Source: Eledone cirrhosa (taxonomy: Eukaryota). Taken from it: a stretch of 64,000 nt of DNA. Location: positions 13,764,001 through 13,828,000 of the forward strand of contig OZ024757.1 of assembly GCA_964016885.1 (NCBI GenBank). The letters run 5' to 3'. Position numbers and translations under genes: made by a program. Of this stretch, positions 40,940 to 53,998 are shown in pieces; within the stretch, counting starts at the first letter, position 1, and the number at the start of each line of letters is the position of its first letter. The notes under the pieces were generated by a model. The model was not told the DNA's origin and searched no databases. It saw only the letters and a list, made by a program, of their open reading frames with translations.

Positions 40940-41055
40940 TGAGTTCAAATCCCGCCGAGGTTAACTTTGCCTTTCATCCTTACGGGGTCGATAAAATAAA
41001 ATAAAGTACCAGTAATACACTGGGATAATTGCTGGCCAAAAGTAGAAACACTTAT
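40940..41055 (+). mobile_element. SINE family A
   Basis: B-box plus core. Confidence 0.85.
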
Positions 41056-41659
41056 TTGTTCTGGTTTTCTGTGCTCTTGAGTTCAAAACCCACTGAGACC
41101 AACTTTACCTTTCACTGTCTGAAGGTCAATAAAAAAATACCTGTCCAGTAGGGAAGTCAATTCTCTCTCTCTCTCTCAAGTTTAGAATATAACCTAACAG
41201 AGGTAAAAGACACTACCTATGATTTTCAAATAATTTTGAAAATAATCAAGAATTAAGAAACATTTTGTAAAATAACTAACTTTCTCATTATTAAGCTGGC
41301 GTTTGGAATATAACCTAACGAAAAAAAAAATGAAAAATAAATCTAACAAAGGTTGTTATATAAAATTGTAATGGAAAGGTTCAATATAAATAAATACTTT
41401 AAAACATATAGGGGCAGATCAGTTTTAAGGCGGTTTGGTGTCAAAATGTTTAGTGTGGCCTGAATAAAAGAAATATATGTATATATACATCAGCCATTTT
41501 CTCAGCATATTATTTTAGGCTTAACATTTATAAAGGAGACGCTGCTCGCATCTCATCCTTCCTCCAGTTCATCAAAGCGACATCTGTCATACCCCTCTCG
41601 CAGTTTTCAACATCCCGCGCGAATGAAATGGTGTCAAGCTCCTTTAAAATACTTATTTT

Positions 41660-42035
41660 CTGTGTTGGTGTTGGTGGTGTGGCGACAGTGATAGTAAAGG
41701 TTGTGGTAGTGGTTGTGTGGTGGTGATGGCAGTGGAGTGGGGTTGATAGCAGTGGAGTGGTGATAATGAAGATGATGGAAGTAGTAGTAATAGTAGTGGT
41801 GATGGGGTTGGTGGTGGTGATAGTGATGGAGTGGTAGTGATGTGGTGGTGGTGATAGTGATGGAGTGGTGGTGGTGATAGTGATGGAGTGGTGGTGATAG
41901 TGATGGAGTGATGGAGTGGTGGTGGTGATAGTGATGGAGTGGTGGTGATAGTGATGCAGTGGTGATAATGGTGGTGGTGGTGGTGAGTGATGGGCGTGAT
42001 GATAGCAATGTTGTTGTGGTCGTAGTGGTGGTGAT
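41660..42035. repeat. (GGT/GAT)n low-complexity tract
   Basis: Direct reading. Confidence 0.9.
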
Positions 42036-42103
42036 CACGTTTCTGTGTTGGGATGTTATTTAACACCAGGTCGTCTCTGTTTATGCAGGCCTATCATCAA
42101 GTG

Positions 42104-42210
42104 AAGGCGTGTGGCTGAGTGGATAGAGAATTGGATTCGCAATCTTAAGGCTGTGAGTTCGATTCCCGGACCGGGCGATGTGTTATGTCCTTGAGCAAGA
42201 CACCTTATTT
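42104..42210 (+). mobile_element. SINE family B, tRNA-like head
   Basis: GTGGCTGAGTGG (A-box)...GAGTTCGATTCCC (B-box)...GTCCTTGAGCAAGACAC. Confidence 0.75.
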
Positions 42211-42725
42211 GAAGTGTCTTGTTCTACCTGAAGTTGCTCCTTCTACCTGGAGTTGCGACCGATAGATAGTATTAGCAATTGGAAAGACCAACGGAAACAT
42301 TGTTTCCTCGCTCCGATTTGACGAAAGTCGATCGATCCTCTATCATCAAAAGCGTCTCAGCTGTGGCCATTTCTCCTATCCTTTATTGTTTTTGAAAAAT
42401 TGTATGCCTCCTAAAATTGTATGCCTCCTTTCAATATTATCTATCTAGTGCCCTTTTAAAAAAAAAAAAAAAAAAAAAAGAATGAAATTCGTTAGGGTGC
42501 GATTTGAGGGCCATTTAGCTGCTATTTCTAAGTAGGTCGAACAACCACGTAACGCTTGTATCGCTTGGCTTGTGTAGATTCATGGTTGATGTTGGCCTTG
42601 TTATTTAAACGCAGCCCAGCAATGGTCAATGCCTAAAGCCATTCTAGCCACGACCATCGCTTCTTTTAGGGGCATCACGGGTTGCATTATCCTATGTATC
42701 TTTCCTTTATTTTAAAGACAGTGTA

Positions 42726-42924
42726 CAGGTCCGTCGCCAAACTACGGTGCCCAGCAAGAGGTGTGGGTCACAAGAATCCGGGTGGGCACTCTTTTACAAG
42801 GAACGTATTTCAGAAGGTTTTTTTTAAAAGGAACTCTATTTTCTAAGTCTGAGGGGAGAGTGAGGGGTCTCAATTGGGAGCGGTGGGTAATTCCATCTTG
42901 TGCCCGCCCTTAGCGACGGGCCCG
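42726..42924. mobile_element. hAT-type MITE
   Basis: TIR CAGGTCCGTCGC / GCGACGGGCCCG; 8 bp TSD ACAGTGTA / ACAGTATA. Confidence 0.7.
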
Positions 42925-42981
42925 ACAGTATAGTGTAATTTTAGGGAGATTTTGCCCCTGGTAAATCGTGAACACGCATCT

Positions 42982-43268
42982 GTGTGACTTAGTGGTTAGG
43001 ATGCTCGGCTCACAATCGTAAGGTCGTGAGTTCGATTTTTGTCGGTGCCTTGTGTCCTTGAACAAGACACTTTATTTCACGTCGCTCCAGTCTTCTCAAC
43101 TGGCGAAAATGAGTTGTGCATGTAATTGTCATGCTGGATCTCTCTGAGAACTGCGTTAAGGGTACACGTGCTTATGGAAAGCTCAACCACTTGCGTGTTA
43201 ACTTCACGGACAGGGTGTTCTGTTGATGGTATCAACAGGAACACTCGTCATCGGGAACGACGGATGCC
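42982..43268 (+). mobile_element. SINE family B, near full length
   Basis: A-box, B-box, CORE-like domain; tail shared with 17418-17665. Confidence 0.8.
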
Positions 43269-43347
<79 letters not shown>

Positions 43348-43444
43348 GGAGTCTCTGGGCGGTTCATTCACTCAGGTCAACTTCGGTTTTTGTACTTCTG
43401 GTGATCGATAGAATGAAGTACCAAAAAAGTAGAAACAGTTATTT

Positions 43445-43604
43445 TGGCAGTATCGGTAGAGGGTCGGACGCCATGCTTTGCAGACGGCCCTTTACGGTCT
43501 GAGTTCAAATCCCGCCGAGGTTAACATTGCCTTTCATCCTTACGAGGTCATTAAAATAAAGTACCGGTAATTGCTGGCCTTGTGGCAAAAGTAGAAACAA
43601 TTAT
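43445..43604 (+). mobile_element. SINE family A
   Basis: Head, B-box and core. Confidence 0.85.
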
Positions 43605-43949
43605 TCTAATATGGTTTACGTATGCGCATTTATTCTTTGTTCTATTATTTAATTTGAAATAATAAATATAGACTGATTCATTGACCTGGAACCTTTCCAT
43701 CATAATTCTAAGAACGTTTGTTAAGATACGTTCCAAACACCGGCTTAATAATTAGAAAATTATCTCTTCGAGTTCTTGATTATTTAAAAAACTAATTGAG
43801 AACCAGAGGCAGTTTTTTTCATTAGAAATATGTTAACGAAAGAGTAAAGTACTTACATTTATCGAAACACTTTCGCCTCGTAATTTTTTTAATGCAATGG
43901 ACTAGTAATAATTGACTAGTAATAATTGATTAGTAATAATGGATTAGTA

Positions 43950-44410
43950 ATAATTGTTTATACTTTTGGCACAAGGCCAGCAATTACCCAGTACATTACT
44001 GGTATTTTATTTTATCGACCCCGTAAGGATGAAAGGCAAAGTTAACCTCGGCGGGATTTGAACTCAGACCGTAAAGGGACGTAACTATGCTAGAAAGCAT
44101 GACGTCGAACCCTCTACCGATACTGCCAATGGTTTCTACTATAGGTACAAGGCCAGGAATTTAGTGGGGGAGTGGGAAGTTGATTAAATCGACCTCAGTG
44201 CATTACTGGTGCTTTGTTTTATATAAAAGGTAAAGTTAACCTCGGTGGGATTTGAGTACAGAACGTAAAGGACCTTTAGTAATAATTGTTTCTACTTTTG
44301 GCACAAGGCCAGCTTTTGACCCAGTGCATTACTGGTATTTTATTTTATCGACCCCGTAAGGATGAAAGGTAAAGTTAACCTCGGCGGGATTTGAACCCAG
44401 AATGTAAAGG
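43950..44410 (-). mobile_element. Tandem SINE A array (3 units)
   Basis: Three reverse-complement cores. Confidence 0.88.
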
Positions 44411-44656
44411 ACCTTTAGTAATAATAAGAAAGCTATTACACGAGACCCTTCAAAATTCGCGATAACCCTTATGATGGGATGTGTGGCCAATTGTGTCGCA
44501 CTTGGTGGTGAATTGCCCCAAACTTTTTATGTGTTTTTTTAAATCTCTTTTTAATGTGTTTATATTTGTATATATTAAGTGTTTGTGTTTTCGTTCTTGT
44601 AAGCATTATATTATTATAGGGCGGTGGATTGGCATAAGGGCTGTGGATTGGTGTAA

Positions 44657-45070
44657 GGGCGGTAGATTGACAGAATCGCTAGAGCATCGGACACCATGCT
44701 TTGTAGCATAGAGTTACAGCCCTTTAAGGTCTCAGTTCAAATCCCGCCAAGGTTAACTTTCATCCTTACGGGGTCGATAAAATAAAGTACCAGTCGCGCA
44801 CTGGGGTCGATTTAATCGACTTCCCCCTCCCCCCAAAATGCTGGCCTTGTGCTTATATAAGAAACCATTATATATTAGGGAGGTGGATTGGCAGTATCGG
44901 TGGAGGGTCGGACGCCATGCTTTGCAGCATAGAGTTACGGACCTTTACGGTCTGAGTTCAAATCCCGCCGAGGTTAACTTTGCCTTTCATCCTTACGGGG
45001 TCGATAAAATAAAGTAGCAGTAATGCACTGAGGTAATTACTGGCCTTGTGCCAAAAGTAGAAACACTTAT
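44657..45070 (+). mobile_element. Tandem SINE A pair
   Basis: Two full units head to tail. Confidence 0.9.
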
Positions 45071-45569
45071 ATTATATTTTTTTTTATACAACTGTGAATA
45101 AAAGATAGTACTTTTACGTACGTTTCACTTTAAAAAAAATAATTGAAAATCATAGACACGGTATTTCATGGAGGTAACGAAAGTGCAAAGTATTTATAAT
45201 TATTTAAAAAAACTTCATGGACTTTATTAATATTGAGAAAGTCATTTTCACTAAATCCTTCCAAATTTTTCATTACTTAATTGAAAATCATAGGCAACCC
45301 GTTTAATGCGGGATATGGTAACGAACGGATTAAGACAGTCCTTGTATGGTGGTAATTAGTGATGGTGATAGTGGTATATAGGTGGTGGCGGTGGTGGTGG
45401 ATACGTCGGTATGGTTAGTAGTGGTTGTATTTGATTTAGTTGGGGTTGTGGTGGTGGTGATGGCTAAATGAGATGATGGTAAAGAAGGCAGTGTGGGTGC
45501 TGTTGGTGTGATGATGTGTGTGCCCTGTGCCAACCAACTGGTTGTTACTGCTCAAGTTATTTATCGCCA

Positions 45570-46142
45570 ACCACCACATCCCCACCAAATCATCATTACC
45601 ACCACCACCACTACATCCCCACCATCACCACCACATCACCATCACCACCACCACCACCACCATATCACCATGACCACCACCACATCCCCACCAAATCATC
45701 ACTACCATCACCACCACCACATCACCACCACCACATCACCATCACCACATCACCGCCACCACCTAATCACCACCACCACCAAATCACCATCACCACCACC
45801 ACACCACCACATCACCATCACCACCACCACCATCATATCCCCACCAAATCATCACTACCACCACATCATCACTACCACCACCATCACCACCAAATCACCA
45901 TCATCACCACCACCACCACCAAATCATCACTACCATCACCACCACCACATCACCACCACCATATCCCCACCAAATCATCACTACCACCACCACCATTACC
46001 ACCACCATCACCACCAAATCACCACCACACTACCACCACCATATCCCCACCAAATCACCACCACCACCATTACCATCACCACCACCACCATCACCATCAC
46101 CACCACCACCATCACCACCACCACCACCACCAAATCACCACA
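45570..46142. repeat. (CAC/CAT)n low-complexity tract
   Basis: Explains the His/Thr/Pro ORFs. Confidence 0.92.
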
Positions 46143-46904
46143 CTTACCACTTTCACATCCCTTGGCCCTCAACAAATTTCTCCTCCTCCTTCCTATTTCT
46201 CTCTCTCTCTTCCTTTGTCATACATCAGGTTTCCTGTCCCCACTCCTCACCTCAATCATGACCCCTCTCCCCTTTCTTTGCCTCCCTCTCTCTCTCTCAT
46301 ATATTCTCTTTCTCATTCATTTCCTCTTTCTCCCTAATCCTGAGTTCACACACACACACATACATTCACATACACACACACACTTACACATACACACACT
46401 TACAAACATACACGCACACATACACACACATACACACATACATACACACACATACATACACACGCACATATACTCACTCACTCACTCTGTCATCTTTCTC
46501 TCTAAAATATATTTTCTTTTTGTCTCTTTCCTCCCTCTCTCCCCATCCCTCTCATTCTCTACCATCTCTCTATTTCCTTCACTCCTCCTTCTCTCATGTT
46601 CTACCATCTCTCGATTTCCTTCACTCCTCCATCTCTCCCCCTCTCTCATTCTCTACCATCTCTCTATTTCCTTCACTCCTCCCTCTCCCCCCTCTATTTC
46701 CTTCACTCCTCCATCTCCCCCTCTCTCATGTTCTACCATCTCTCTATTTCCTTCACCCCCCCCTCTCTCATGCTCTTCCATCTCAGTTTCAGCCCCTTCT
46801 CCCCCTATTCCCCACCACCTCTCTCTTTCATGCAACTAACTAACTATGTGACGCTATTCAAAAATATCCAGTTTCGGAGCCAAAGTTGGAGGCCTAGAAG
46901 TGGT

Positions 46905-47390
46905 TCCTAACTTGCTAGAAACAGCAGCTAAATCTCCCTTAGATTAAACACCATACCATCTTAAAGAACATAAGACACATTGGATAATGTCGTCCTAGAT
47001 ATATTATGCCTAAAAAAATGAGATGGGTGGCCTCTAAGTGGTCAGTGAAGTACTAGAAATAGCAGCTAAATGTCTCTCAGCTTACACCAAACCATCATAA
47101 GGCAGAACACATTGGATAATGTAGTCCTAGATATATTTTATCTGCAAAGAAAAAGAGGAAAAGAAAGATGAGATGGGAGTTCTCCATGTGGTAAGTGACG
47201 TGCTAGAAATAGCAAGAACATATTGGACAATGTAGCTCTAGATGTCTGGAAAAACAAAAAGGGGAAAGAAAAAATGAGACGGGAGGCCTCTAAATGGTCA
47301 TTGATGTGCTAGAAATAGCAGTTAAATGTCCCTCGGTTTAAAGAAGACGGGTGACGTTTGATAACCTAGTCCTAGATATATTGTCTGAAG
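46905..47390. repeat. Degenerate ~110-150 bp tandem repeat (4 units)
   Basis: CTAGAAATAGCAGCTAAAT...GGATAATGTAGTCCTAGATATA recurring; inverted relatives at ~42505-42720 and 51060-51120. Confidence 0.75.
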
Positions 47391-47953
47391 AATAAAATGG
47401 TATAGTCGCGGTTGTAACGCTTTAGATCATATGTCTGTAGGACCAGGCCTAGGGTTAAACAACAACAACAACAAAATCCTGTTTCTACCCTTCCACTTTC
47501 CTTGTTAAATCCGATGCTGTTGCTGTTTTTTGCCTCCCTCCCTCTTCCACTGCTACCAACCAACGCTGTTGCTGCCGTTTGCCTCACTCCCTCCCTCGTC
47601 CATTGAAACCGATGCCGTTGTTGGTCTACTCTCTCTCCTCCCCTTCCTATCTATAGTCTGCTGCTGTTGTGTGCCTGCAGGTGGGTAGGGTGAGGATTGG
47701 GGCTTTCCTTCTTTGATACCATGGTTTTATCTCCCTCTCTTTGTCTGACTCCCTGTCTAACTTCGTTCGTCCCTCTTTCTTTATCTCTTCTCTGTCTGTC
47801 TCCCTCTCTCTCGTCTCTCCTCCCCACTCCTTCTGTCTGTCCTTCTCTCCCCCCTCTCTGTCGTCTCCCCCTACCCCCTCTGTCGTCTCCCCCTAGCCCC
47901 TCTCTGTCTGACCCTTCTCTCTCTCTGTCTCTCTCTGTGTGTGTGTATGTATT

Positions 47954-47992
<39 letters not shown>

Positions 47993-48179
47993 CTATATGT
48001 ATATTGTAAAGAGACAGGCCCCAACGCCTGAGCGCTTGGAGTCTGGAACTAGCTGCTGAAACGGCAAGAGCTCCGCCGTCGGGCCGTCAACTCTTTATAA
48101 TATAGCTATACTCTAATATCCCAAGTATCGAGTACTCTGTTGAGTAATAGTCTAACTAGTTTATATCTGGTTCTAACCT

Positions 48180-48475
48180 TATCATCATCATCAACGTTTA
48201 ACGTCCGTGTTCCACGCTTGCATGGGTTTGGACGGGGGTTTTCCCACTTGAGGCAAGAGTGATTATCTTGCTCGCATAGGACTATCTGGCGGATTTTCTA
48301 CAGCTGGATGCCCTTCCTAACACCAACCACATTTACAGTGTGGGTCTGGGAGGTTTTTACCGTGTTGCCTACACGGCCACATTACAGCGTGAACTGTGTG
48401 TTTTTTTGACGTGACACCTACACGATCTCATTTGTTTCGGCCTGGATGTTGTGGCACCAACATAACTTTACATTG
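48180..48475 (-). mobile_element. SINE/LINE-tail family C with (GAT)n tail
   Basis: GGATGCCCTTCCTAACACC and AACGTTTAACGTCC; copies at 61984-62272 (-) and 63393-63626 (+). Confidence 0.8.
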
Positions 48476-48563
48476 AAAGGGTCGGTGTGGATGGGGTGGG
48501 GGTGGTGGGACGGGGGTGTATTTTGTTAGAGATGCCTACTGACTAGTAGGTTTTACTTTGTAT

Positions 48564-48730
48564 TTAGGTAAGGCGGGTCTTCTCTATTACTGAGTACCGC
48601 CAAAGGTCTCGGTCCAGTGACATTGTCTTGGTGAGGTGTAAGTGTGTGAGGTCGGAATTTATCAGCTCGTCCCAGGTATTTCTGGGTCTGCCTATTCCGT
48701 GGCTACCGTCTATCTTTATTGCCCTGCACT
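48564..48730 (-). mobile_element. RTE-like LINE ORF C-terminal remnant
   Basis: GRPRNTWDELINSDL..L.LTKTMSLDRDLWR. Confidence 0.75.
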
Positions 48731-48734
48731 TTGT

Positions 48735-48768
<34 letters not shown>

Positions 48769-48772
48769 CACA

Positions 48773-48853
48773 CATGCTGTCTCCCCAAAATGTATGCACA
48801 TTTTGATTACCTGTACAGACTGAAGTGTGTATACATTTTTCTGGGACTTCCTG
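48773..48853. mobile_element. Tc1/mariner-type MITE, degenerate
   Basis: Same family as 2074 and 10039. Confidence 0.55.
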
Positions 48854-49132
48854 TATATATATATATCTATATATATATATAATTGTTGAATAGGAAAATC
48901 TGCTTCGTAGAATCGAGACGTATCCGAGGACTGCACGATTTCAGAGTCAGGTTTGATCACCACATCAATTGTGCCTCGAGCTGGTCGCCCGAGAAACAAT
49001 TGTAATATGTCCAATAAATTCCTTTCGTCGCAACACTGATTCTCTTTTTTCTGTGAGATATATCTATATATATATATATATATATGTATATGTAAGTATG
49101 CTTTGAAACAGTGAGCGAGTTTGAAATTAGAA

Positions 49133-49319
49133 ATATAAGCTTTCACCGTATTTTTGACTAAAGACATTTTTAGCCTGGTAGTGAGGTTTAGGACTCTCAG
49201 AGAAATGGAAAAAGATGAGTATTGACGTACATGTCAATACTCATTTTTTTCCATTTCTCTGAGGGTTCTAAACCCCACTATCAGGCTAAAAAATTCTTTA
49301 GTCAAAAATACGGTGAAAG

Positions 49320-49326
<7 letters not shown>
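49133..49326. repeat. 195 bp imperfect fold-back
   Basis: Centre GTATTGAC-GTACAT-GTCAATAC; ends GAAAGCTT-(TA)n. Confidence 0.88.
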
Positions 49327-49365
<39 letters not shown>

Positions 49366-49777
49366 TTACAGCTTTCAATTTTATTTCTTATCCACATCTA
49401 CACAAGCGTATTGTAGTATGACTGAGGCCTCTATCATTAAAACACCCGAGAAATCTCCTGTGAGTGTCTCTCTAGTGTACATGTGTGTGAAATTGTCTCT
49501 TTTATTGTGTGTATGTATGTATGTGTGTCACTCTTGGCTTGTGAGAGACTTGACATTTTTTTTATTTTACACGTTAACTCTTTCATTACCATATTTCTAA
49601 TAACTTAACTTGGACATTATTAAGCTGTTATTGGGAACATAACTTAGCTGAGCTTATTACATAAAATTATTACATAAAATAGGTAAATACAAATACTTAA
49701 AAAAAACTGTGAGTCTTTGTATCAAAGCATCGTGGACAGTTTTAAGTGGGTTGGTATCAGAATGGCTGAAGTCTGTC

Positions 49778-49986
49778 TTAACCCTTTAGCATTTACATTA
49801 CTCTATATTTACTATTGTACTTTTCATAATTATCTCACATAATATTGAATTTAGGAGATTTTGATATTATTTATTTTGAGAAGAATACCTTAATGATGGT
49901 GTAAAGGGCCGGTTATGGCCGGCTTAAAAAGAAAGAGGTGAGAGAATCCTGGTCGGATACAGCTGGTTTAAATCCTAAAGGATTAA
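49778..49986. mobile_element. piggyBac-type MITE inserted in SINE D
   Basis: TTAA-CCCTTTAGCATTTA ... TAAATCCTAAAGGA-TTAA; empty-site version at 52281-52305. Confidence 0.85.
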
Positions 49987-50109
49987 GCCAGAAGGCTCAT
50001 TAGACTGGTGCTTATCCTGGTTTCATGGCATGAAGCGACTGTACCTTCTTCCAGTCCCTCTTGTTTGTCCTATTTTTGTAATTTTAAAATGAAGCCTTTG
50101 AAAATCTTG

Positions 50110-50598
50110 TGGAGCCATAGAGCCTAGTAGTAAGGGTGTTGAACTTACAATCATAATGTTGTGGGTTTGATTCCTGGGCTGGGTTATGTACAATACATTC
50201 TGTAAAGTGGTAGTACTGGTGTCATGATAGAATGCACCCAGTATACTCTGTGAAGTGGTAGTACTGGTGTCATGCTAGAATGCACCCAGTATACTCTGTG
50301 AAGTGGTAGTACTGGTGTCATGATAGAATGCACCCAGTATACTCTGTGAAGTGGTAGTACTGGTGTCATGCTAGAATGCACCCAGTACACTCTGTGAAGT
50401 AGTAGTACTGGTGTCATTCTAGAATGCACCTCATACACAGTGTAAGTTGGTTCATGTTTATGAACTCCATCCAATCAAAAACCATGCCAAATATGGAATG
50501 TATGAACACGATGAAGTCTCTCAGACTGTCACAACCTGTTTAACCCATGCCAGCATGGAAAGTAGATGAAAGGTTGATGATGATGGTGATGATGATGG
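50110..50598 (+). mobile_element. SINE with internal 48 bp tandem amplification (~5 units, 50198-50447)
   Basis: tRNA-like head, 48 bp repeats, CCATGCCAGCATGG and (GAT)n tail. Confidence 0.75.
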
Positions 50599-50622
50599 TC
50601 AAACCTATGATCAAAGACAGCT

Positions 50623-51006
50623 TTAAACCTTTAGCATTTACATTACTCTATATTTACTATTGTATTTTCATGGTAAAGGCTTTATCTCACATAATATCTC
50701 ACATAATATCTCACACAATATCTCACATAATATCTCACATAATATCTCACATAATATCTCACATAATATCTCACATAATATCTCACATAATATCTCACAT
50801 AATATCTCACATAATATCTCACACAATATCTCACACAATATCTCACACAATATCTCACACAATATCAAATCTATGAGATTTTGATATTGTTTATTTTGAG
50901 AATAATACCTTAACATCAGTATGAGTGGCTGGTTATGGCCGGTTTGAACAGAAAGAGGTGAGAGAATTCTGGCTGGATATGGCCGGTTTAAAAACTAACG
51001 GGTTAA
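50623..51006. mobile_element. piggyBac-type MITE with an expanded 12 bp repeat
   Basis: TTAA ends; (ATCTCACATAAT)n at 50685-50865. Confidence 0.85.
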
Positions 51007-51437
51007 GAACCATCCTCTCATACAGTTTTACATTGTCTAATGTGCTCTTCCTTTTCTTCTAATACAATGGGGCATGATCTGAGGGAGATTTAGTTGCTAT
51101 TTCTAGCAGGTCGAGTGATCAAGTGCTGGTTCCTTTGTTGGTTTGCAACACTGTGTTTTGTGATCATTAGATATGATATGGTGTGGTATTTTGTGACATA
51201 GTTTGGTGTGTGTGGTGTGGTGTTCTGTGACATGGTGTAGTTTGGTGCAGTGTTGTCTGGTGTGTTGGTGTCTGGTTTCATGTTAATAGATGTTAATGGG
51301 TGCGAAAAATAGAAACAATTTTTTGACCTCTCACAGCTTGGTTCTAGGTGTGTGTGTGTGAGTGTCTGATTCTTTTTTCTGTCAGTGTGTGTGTGTGTTT
51401 GTCCTTGTTTGTGTGTATGTGTGTTGATGTTCAGTTT

Positions 51438-51610
51438 CTTTAACACATACATGCATGCACACATTCTGACATATGTGCTCATGTACATACACACATATGC
51501 ATACACATGCACACATTCTGACATATGTGCTCATGTACATACACACATACACATGCACACATTCTGACATATGTGCTCATGTACATACACACATACGCAT
51601 ACACATGCAC
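51438..51610. repeat. ~40-46 bp tandem repeat, 3 copies
   Basis: CATGCACACATTCTGACATATGTGCTCATGTACATACAC. Confidence 0.85.
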
Positions 51611-51776
51611 ACACACACACATATGACCATTGAGTTAAAGAAGTCAAAGAGGTATCCGAATACAATTTAAGTTATCTTTCCTTGACCTCACTCTCCCCTC
51701 TTCCTCATCATCATCATCTTCATCTTCATCATCATCAGCAGTTGCTATGGCAATAGGGTGGGTTGCTTCAAATTCC

Positions 51777-52033
51777 TTAACCCTTTAGCATTTAAACCGG
51801 CCATATCCAGCCAGAATTCTCTCATCTCTTTCTGTTCAAACTGGCTGTAACTAGCTGCTCATACCTATGTTAAGGTATTGATCTCAAAACATATAATATC
51901 AAAATCTCATAGATGCACTATTATTCGAGATAATTATTCGAGATAATTATGTGAGATAATTATGTGAGATAAAGGCTTTACCATGAAAATACAATAGTAT
52001 ATATAGAGAGTAATGTAAATGCTAAAGGGTTAA
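51777..52033. mobile_element. piggyBac-type MITE
   Basis: TTAA-CCCTTTAGCATTTA ... TAAATGCTAAAGGG-TTAA, perfect TIRs. Confidence 0.9.
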
Positions 52034-52280
52034 TCAATCAGAAGTAATAGAAAGTATCCATCAAAAGGATGATCACTGTGAACCGTACGACCCCCCCCCC
52101 CCCCCTCCCAGCTACTACTTACAGCTAGGTGATCTATAAATGAACTATGCCTCCACATACAATCCTTTTATTACAGATAGAGGAAGCCTACCTCCACATA
52201 TATATATTTTTGTAATGCATCTCTTTATGATGTCCTACTTTTTTTCTTTTGTATTTGTGAACTGTACCTCATTAAGTCTA

Positions 52281-52562
52281 AAGTCTGTCTTAAGCCAGAA
52301 GGCTCGTTAAGCCGGTGCTTATCCTGGTTTCATGGCATGAAGCAACTGAGAGTACAAGACTTTCCCCTGGATAGGACACCAGTCCATTGGCAGGGTTAAA
52401 CCCTAAGCTATTGCTTGTACTCATTTTCAGCTGAATATATTGGAGCAACGTGAACTTACAAAATGCTACCTGCCCTGCTCAAGAACACAAAATGCTACCT
52501 ACCCTGGAATCAAACCCACTACATTATGATCGTAAGCCCAATACCCTTACCAATAGGCTACA
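52281..52562 (-). mobile_element. SINE family D, near full length
   Basis: Minus-strand tRNA-like head (GTAGCCTATTGGTAAG...GGTTTGATTCC) followed by TGTTCTTGAGCAGG. Confidence 0.7.
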
Positions 52563-52734
52563 AACCTCAATAAGGGGGACCCCCAAATTGTCAGAATCAT
52601 TTGGGCATCAGATTAAATATATATTTGTTCCAGCTCACTGCATCTCAGTTGAACTATTTACTAAGTTAACCTTTGTGGTTAACAAAGTTAACCACAAAGG
52701 TTAACTGCAAATAGTTGCAATGTTTTTATGTACA

Positions 52735-52772
<38 letters not shown>

Positions 52773-52845
52773 AAAATTTGAACAGGAACAAAACAGAGAG
52801 GCAGTACAACGAATGTTTATTAATTTCACGCTCTAGAGAGTGGGA

Positions 52846-53519
52846 CTAGCTAAACTACCCGTCCTTTGGATGGTTCAAGTAGCTTTCGATGTAGCTCATT
52901 AAACTAAACAAAGGAAATTTGAATACATAGAAGAAAACATCAAAACCTTGGGCACTATTCCAGCGAAATAATTAATATATGAGCTCAGTGTCTTTTTTGA
53001 CAACAGTAAAAGCACATCATGAAATAGAAGTGAAGTGAATAATAGACACTATTATGTACAAAGCATAATATTGTAAAAGTTATGACATCACTTAATGTAT
53101 GAACATCAAGCTTGAAACGATAAATTATACAATGTCAAATCTATAACTTAACTTAGTAATCTGTTAGAAATTGCTGATTGTAAAATATACAAAATGATAT
53201 TGTTAGTCTCAAGGAAGCGTACCTTTTGTTTTAAGTACAAAGAGTAAATTAAAATCCGAATGAGCCGAATTACGAAAGATAACTCTTGTCTTACTTAATC
53301 ACGAAAATTGACACAAATAACCGAAACTTTTTTAATGTCTCCAAAGGCCCCAATATCGATTTTTTGAAAGCCTTTGTAGATCATGTACAGGTTTTGTGCA
53401 AGGAGAAGCTCTAAAAAATTTCAAAGAAATCGCATGAATGGTTTAGAATATATGAGCCCTCATTAAAAATTGTCCACACACGCATACAGAAAACTTCGTC
53501 TTTATATATTCAGATATAG
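52846..53519. mobile_element. Possible non-autonomous Helitron/Helentron-like element
   Basis: Starts ACTAGC..ACCCGTC; ends AAATTTCA..GAAATCG..CACACGCATACAG..CTTTATATAT..AGAT; recognised from general family layout only. Confidence 0.35.
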
Positions 53520-53890
53520 GTATGCCTACTTTTGTACATATATGCATATCATCATCACCGTTTAACACCCATTTTTCCATGCAAGTACGAGTTAGACACA
53601 TTGTCCTGTTGTGACAAATGCTGGGTCAGGTGACCATGTCTTGCTCATACAGATGTATATATATCCACATGCACACACATTTGTGCATATGCATATATCT
53701 ACACTCACACACACACATATATCTACACATACACACATATATCTACGCATACACATCTACACATGCATATATATCTACACACACACATACATATATATAT
53801 ATATACACACTCACATACATACATATATATACACTCACATACATATACATATATATATATACACACTCACACACACACAAACTTTAGCAA

Positions 53891-53998
53891 TGTGAAATAA
53901 AGTCTCTTGCTCAAGGAAACAACACATCACCCGGTCTGAGAATTGAACTCACAACCCTTCGATTGCAAGGCCAATAACCACTAAGCCATGTGCCTCCA
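53891..53998 (-). mobile_element. SINE family B/C head
   Basis: Reverse complement of 57636-57745. Confidence 0.8.

Noticed and set aside
42104-42180. tRNA gene
   Set aside because: Has A and B boxes but continues into a SINE body; no clean cloverleaf. The same applies to the other SINE heads.
45493-46839. 448 aa ORF
   Set aside because: Runs through (CAC)n, (CA)n and (CT)n tracts; no domain-like sequence.
51741-51754. RFX X-box-like GTTGCTATGGCAAT and adjacent acidic minus-strand frame
   Set aside because: Single imperfect motif beside a (CAT)n tract and a MITE; no supporting context.
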